Shown: positions 60,301 through 64,000 of the stretch, piece after piece
Layout: every line of letters starts with the position of its first letter
Numbering within the stretch: the first letter of the stretch is position 1
Assembly (NCBI GenBank): GCA_047285535.1
Contig: JBJBDC010000001.1
Coordinates: 288,136 to 352,135, forward strand
Direction of reading: 5' to 3'
Source: Synechococcus sp.
GTDB taxonomy: Bacteria; Cyanobacteriota; Cyanobacteriia; PCC-6307; Cyanobiaceae
Length of the DNA: 64,000 nt
Made by a program: the position numbers and the translations under genes
The notes under the pieces: generated by a model
The model's input: only the letters and a program-made list of their open reading frames with translations
Database searches by the model: none
What the model was told of the DNA's origin: nothing

Positions 60301-61391
60301 AAGGTGATTGGCCAGAAACGATCGCCTGCGTACTTTGGGGAACTGACAATATCAAGACCTACGGGGAGTCGCTTGCGCAGATCCTCTGGTTCATTGGAGT
60401 GCGACCTGTTCCTGACTCTCTTGGCAGAGTCAATAAGCTTGAACTGATTCCGCTGGAGGAACTCGGGCGTCCAAGGATCGATGTGGTTGTGAATTGTTCA
60501 GGTGTCTTTCGAGATTTATTTGTGAATCAGATGGCCCTGATTGATCAAGGCGTGAAGATGGCCGCTGAGTCAGATGAACCTGTCGAACAAAACTTTGTTC
60601 GAAAACATGCTCTCGAACAGGCGGATAAAGAGGGGACAAGTCTTCGAGATGCTGCTTGCCGTGTTTTTTCTAATGCAAGTGGCAGCTACAGCTCGAATGT
60701 AAATCTCGCCGTTGAAAACAGTAGTTGGGAAGAAGAAGGTGAGCTTCAGGAGATGTACCTGTCTCGTAAGACTTTTGCTTTTAATGCTGACAATCCAGGT
60801 GAAATGGATCAGAAGCGTGATGTTTTTGAGTCGGTCATGAAGACAGCAGACGCTACATTTCAAAATCTAGACTCGGCCGAAATTTCTTTGACCGATGTCA
60901 GTCATTATTTCGACAGCGACCCCACCAAGTTGATTCAGGGACTTCGTGATGATGGGAAAACACCATCGAGCTACATCGCAGATACGACGACTGCAAATGC
61001 CCAAGTGCGCTCCTTAAGTGAAACGATTCGTCTTGACTCGCGTACCAAGCTGCTCAATCCGAAGTGGTATGAAGGCATGCTTGATTCGGGTTATGAGGGT
61101 GTGCGTGAAGTGGCAAAACGCTTGAACTTCACCCTGGGATGGAGTGCTACCAGTGGTTCTGTTGACAACTTCGTCTACGAAGAAGCCAATGAAACATTCA
61201 TTAACGATCCTGAGATGCGCAAACGACTGCTGGAACTTAATCCCCACAGCTTCAGGCGCATTGTTGGAACTTTACTTGAAGTCAATGGACGTGGATACTG
61301 GGAAACATCGGATGAAAATATTGAACAACTTCAAGAGCTCTATCAAGAGGTAGAGGATCGAATTGAAGGTGTCACCACTGAAGACAAATAA
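57375..61391 (+). CDS. chlH: Magnesium chelatase subunit H
   Basis: 1338 aa; MFTQVRS start, [35 protein letters not shown] and [10 protein letters not shown]. Confidence 0.98.
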   Translation: MFTQVRSADRRIVPVDEHNHQVVMKAVYVVLEPQYQSALTQAAITLNAQAGPIGIELCGYLIEELRDDLNYADFKKDIADTDVFIGSLIFIEDLAQKVVDAVAPHRDRLKAAVVFPSMPEVMRLNKLGSFSMAQLGQSKSAIAGFMKKRKEAGGAGFQDAMLKLLNTLPTVLKYLPVEKAQDARSFMLSFQYWLGGTPDNLQNFLLMLADKYVFPASESEHRPEFVVADPEVFPDLGIWHPLAPQMFEDLKEYLNWTASRTDLGENSRNGPVIGLVLQRSHIVTGDDAHYVATIQELEFRGARVIPIFCGGLDFSKPVNAFFYDPLNADQSLVDSIVSLTGFALVGGPARQDHPKAVEALKKLNRPYMVALPLVFQTTQEWEKSDLGLHPVQVALQIAIPELDGAIEPIVLSGRDDATGKAHTLQDRVDAIAERAIRWSSLRIKPCAEKKLAITVFSFPPDKGNVGTAAYLNVFDSIYRVLQEMKAKGYDVQNLPRDAKSLMETVISDPEALQGSPELSIAHRMSVEEYERLTPYSARLEENWGKPPGSLNSDGQNLLIYGCHFGNVFVGVQPTFGYEGDPMRLLYSRSASPHHGFAAYYTYLEKVWGADAVLHFGTHGSLEFMPGKQMGMSETCYPDSLIGALPNLYYYAANNPSEATIAKRRGYASTISYLTPPAENAGLYKGLKELGELVGSYQQLRESARGVQIVNAIIETARLCNLDKDVSLPDDDSSQLDLEARDSIVGAIYRQLMEIESRLLPCGLHTIGKPPTAEEAIATLVSIAALEREEEGLRSLPGLLAESLGRKIDDIYQGNDDGVLEDVELNRTITEVSRSAVGAMVRSLTGQDGRVRMRENFGWFLKLLARLGFKLPTPWYRACCSAGFKDIDSSALDTLFAYLRFCLQQICADMEMESLLRALDGEYVLPGPGGDPIRNPGVLPSGKNIHALDPQAIPTRAAVAAAKVVVDKLIEREREEQGDWPETIACVLWGTDNIKTYGESLAQILWFIGVRPVPDSLGRVNKLELIPLEELGRPRIDVVVNCSGVFRDLFVNQMALIDQGVKMAAESDEPVEQNFVRKHALEQADKEGTSLRDAACRVFSNASGSYSSNVNLAVENSSWEEEGELQEMYLSRKTFAFNADNPGEMDQKRDVFESVMKTADATFQNLDSAEISLTDVSHYFDSDPTKLIQGLRDDGKTPSSYIADTTTANAQVRSLSETIRLDSRTKLLNPKWYEGMLDSGYEGVREVAKRLNFTLGWSATSGSVDNFVYEEANETFINDPEMRKRLLELNPHSFRRIVGTLLEVNGRGYWETSDENIEQLQELYQEVEDRIEGVTTEDK

Positions 61392-61523
61392 TTAATTGAA
61401 CTCTTGATGGCTGCGGTTTAAAAATTCAATATCACCTCCTTGGTGAGTTGATTTGAGGTAAAACTTTTAGTTCGATTGTGGATATTTTCAATGAATACTT
61501 GTATGATCTTATCTATTGATTAA

Positions 61524-62780
61524 ATGTTTCGGCCCCTTCCGCTTCATCTAATCAGTCTTACGTCGGATGCGCTCGAGGCAAAAGCGATACTCCTATCATT
61601 AGCGATCATCGTCATAGTATCTCAGTCGTTTGGAGATGTGCTCCAAAGACTTTGCCGACCTCGTGTCATGGGCGAGATTCTTTGGAGGGATTGCACTGGG
61701 ACCTGTTTTTGGGCTGGGTTTAACCACAATTAGAACCTCAATTGTGTGGCGATGCTCTCACTGATGAAATCAGTCTGCTGGGTGAAATTGGCCTGGCCAT
61801 CGTGATGATTTTTAGAGGCTTAAATCTTGGCTCGTCAATTCGAAAAGGAAAAATATAACGAGCCGCTGGACCATCCATCACTGGCATTGTTGTGTCTTTG
61901 CTATTAGGCATTGGCGCTCAGTCTTTCGTTGGGAGAATGGCGCCCTGATCTTTTCCCAGGCGATCAGATCAGTGGATCACTTTTCATGGGAACATCGATG
62001 GCCCTGACGCCTTCCCTGTCTTGGCTTTTATTCTCAAAGGACGAATCTCACTACAAATTCCTATCGGGACCATCAGTCTCATGACTGCGGCAATTGATAA
62101 TCTCATGTGCTGGATTCTCCTCGCGTCAGTCGTAGCGTTTGCGCGCTCAGGCTCTTGACTCGGAGGCATTGATCCATTCCGCAAGGCAATCGTTTCGGCC
62201 CTTTTCTGACTGGTAGAACCAGATCATTAAGCCAGAAACTAAAACGAACTTTTGAACGAACCCAAAGCCTGTCTCCACTCCTGAATGGAACTATTTTACT
62301 GGATTCATGCTGAGCTGTGACTTCAAAGATGCGATAGAAGTTTGCCTTGTCGTTGGAGCTTTCCTGTGGGCCTAGCAATGCCAAGAAGTCAAACATCCAA
62401 GACGCAAAACATTTTATTTCAGATGGAACTAGCATTGAAGTCCTGATCATGCGATTATTGCTTCCACTCTTCTTTGTATCGAGTGGTCTTCAGAGGCAAT
62501 GGCTCAATCTTGTAAAATTTGAAATAATGAAAATAGCAATCCTTGTTTTATTGGTAGTAATAGACGGCAAGTTTCTGGGAACCTTGTGAGCTGCGAGAAT
62601 CGGAGGATGAATAAGACGAGGGTCACATGTTTTGGCTGGCTTCCCAATACACGAGGGATGAGAGAATGGGTGATTCTCAATGTAGACTTCGAGTTGTGGA
62701 TTTTTAGTGTCACTGTGTTTGGCATCTGAGTAGTGACAGCTGTTGCAACAACATGAATGACAGCTCTTATGTTGTGCCGT
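61524..62780 (+). pseudogene. Degraded CPA2 (KefB/CHX-like) cation:proton antiporter
   Basis: Colinear motif remnants in different frames: PRVMGEIL/GGIALGP, GEIGLAIVMIFRGL, AFPVLAFIL, TAAIDNLMCWILLA, LLPLFFVSSGL, GKFLG, NTRGM..VILNV. Multiple stops and frameshifts; the end is approximate. Confidence 0.85.
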
Positions 62781-62817
62781 TTGAATTATGTCAAGTCAAC
62801 AAATGAACCCTGAATGA

Positions 62818-63213
62818 TTACCTTATAGGCTTGCAATGACACAATCTTTCTAAATCAGGACGACCAGTAAGACGCAACCTTTGCGCTGCCCATATCCTAT
62901 AAATCTGATCAATGAAGACTCCTACCCATGGCCATGCCGTTGGTGCATAGATCCAACCAAGTCCAACGCAGTGATAAGCCTCTCGGAAGACAGCCACATC
63001 TTGAATAACCTCTCCGTCTGCACGAATGGCATGGATGCGCGCCATTGCTTCTCTGTAGCTAATCCCTTTCCATTGGCCAGGATCGTAGGCGTCATGATCG
63101 ATATCGACAAAAGCAAGTCTTCCCAGACGATCTCGACGCTTCAAAAACTTGACTTCACGAAGGCAAAGCGGACAAGCACCGTCATACAAAACTGTGAGAC
63201 TTGGTTGACTCAT
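62818..63213 (-). CDS. DCC family (DUF393) thiol-disulfide oxidoreductase-like protein
   Basis: VLYDGACPLC (DxxCxxC), AMARIHA and Y..WA..RLRLTGR. Confidence 0.9.
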   Translation of the reverse strand: MSQPSLTVLYDGACPLCLREVKFLKRRDRLGRLAFVDIDHDAYDPGQWKGISYREAMARIHAIRADGEVIQDVAVFREAYHCVGLGWIYAPTAWPWVGVFIDQIYRIWAAQRLRLTGRPDLERLCHCKPIR

Positions 63214-63241
63214 CTTCCACAACTGGAAATGAGCTGCAGTT

Positions 63242-64000
63242 CTAGCGATCTGAACCGATTGCCGAGGCCATGGTCACCACTTGGTGAATAGGCCCCACAT
63301 CGTGGACCCGCAGAACAGCCACACCAGCATCCACTGCCAGAGCACAGACCGCTGCTGTCCCCCAAAGACGGGCACGCGCTCTTGGTTCATTCAGAACGGC
63401 CCCGATAAAGCGTTTTCGCGAGGGCCCCAGCAAGATGGGAATCCCTTCAGCTACCAGTGTGTCGAGCTGTTGCAGCAGGGTGAGGTTTTGTGCCGTTGTT
63501 TTGGCAAATCCGAGGCCTGGATCCCACAGCAACTGGTCACGCATCACACCAGCCTCAGTTGCGCGATCGGTTGCTGCCCGTAATTCATCCAAAACTCCTT
63601 GAACCACACCCTGCTCCCCGTAATCCGTGCAGCGATCCATCGTTCGACTAGTTCCGCGACTGTGCATCAGCACAAACGGGCAGCCTGCACGAGCGATCAG
63701 TGGAAGCATCTCCGGATCACGTCGTCCACCGCTCACGTCGTTAATCCAATCAGCACCAGCCTCGAGCGCCTGGATGGCAACCCCAGCGAGAAATGTATCG
63801 ACTGACAGCAAAACTTTGGGGTGAGCGGCACGAATGGCCTTCAGCGTTGGCAACAGGCGCTTGAGCTCCTCATCCTCTCCCACTTCAACGGCATTCGGTC
63901 TGGTGCTTTGGGCTCCAAGATCCAGACAATCAGCCCCAGAAGCAATTTGACGCGTCGCCTCAGCCAATGCCCTTTCGAGTTGATTGAACTGACCGCCATC
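63242..64000 (-). CDS. folP: Dihydropteroate synthase (5' end outside the window)
   Basis: DGG, DLGAQSTRP, SVDT, INDVSG, MH, DPGLGF, SRKRF and RVHDV. Confidence 0.96.
   Translation of the reverse strand, partial: DGGQFNQLERALAEATRQIASGADCLDLGAQSTRPNAVEVGEDEELKRLLPTLKAIRAAHPKVLLSVDTFLAGVAIQALEAGADWINDVSGGRRDPEMLPLIARAGCPFVLMHSRGTSRTMDRCTDYGEQGVVQGVLDELRAATDRATEAGVMRDQLLWDPGLGFAKTTAQNLTLLQQLDTLVAEGIPILLGPSRKRFIGAVLNEPRARARLWGTAAVCALAVDAGVAVLRVHDVGPIHQVVTMASAIGSDR

Noticed and set aside
1..64000. CRISPR arrays, tRNA/rRNA genes, integrases, transposases, prophage, HIP1 enrichment
   Set aside because: I saw no repeat-spacer periodicity, cloverleaf with a T-loop or mobility motifs, and GCGATCGC occurs only sporadically. 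This was manual reading, so a short RNA gene could have been missed.

Overview
This window looks like a marine picocyanobacterial (Synechococcus-like) chromosome segment; the assignment rests on gene content and order, and the strain cannot be identified. Core blocks: (i) ABC1 kinase (partial), PLP decarboxylase, cdsA, DUF2993, hydrolase, gldA-like, clpC, rimI, lysA, cdaA, uppS, bioB, trhO, GST-DUF952, lipA, recR, psbP; (ii) ABC exporter, rbp, DEAD-box helicase, cupin, recD, recB, recC, metallophosphoesterase; (iii) DUF4335, DUF3038, apt, ubiH-like, hli, dapB, chlH, DCC protein, folP (partial). Accessory blocks: 18.1-27.0 kb (NHLP-type HlyD adaptor, small membrane protein, TolC, two FUSC genes, LCP protein, CPA2-USP antiporter); 41.9-47.1 kb (AT-rich patch with an outer-membrane beta-barrel, micro-ORFs and hairpins); 47.2-50.9 kb (OmpR regulator, histidine kinase and ppk2, divergent from a secreted EF-hand protein); 61.5-62.8 kb (decayed antiporter pseudogene). 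I saw no tRNA, rRNA, CRISPR array, integrase or transposase. The best candidates for uncharacterised systems are the EF-hand/two-component/ppk2 module, the HlyD-TolC-2xFUSC export module and the GST-DUF952 fusion between bioB and lipA. All three are hypotheses from motifs and context; no searches were run.
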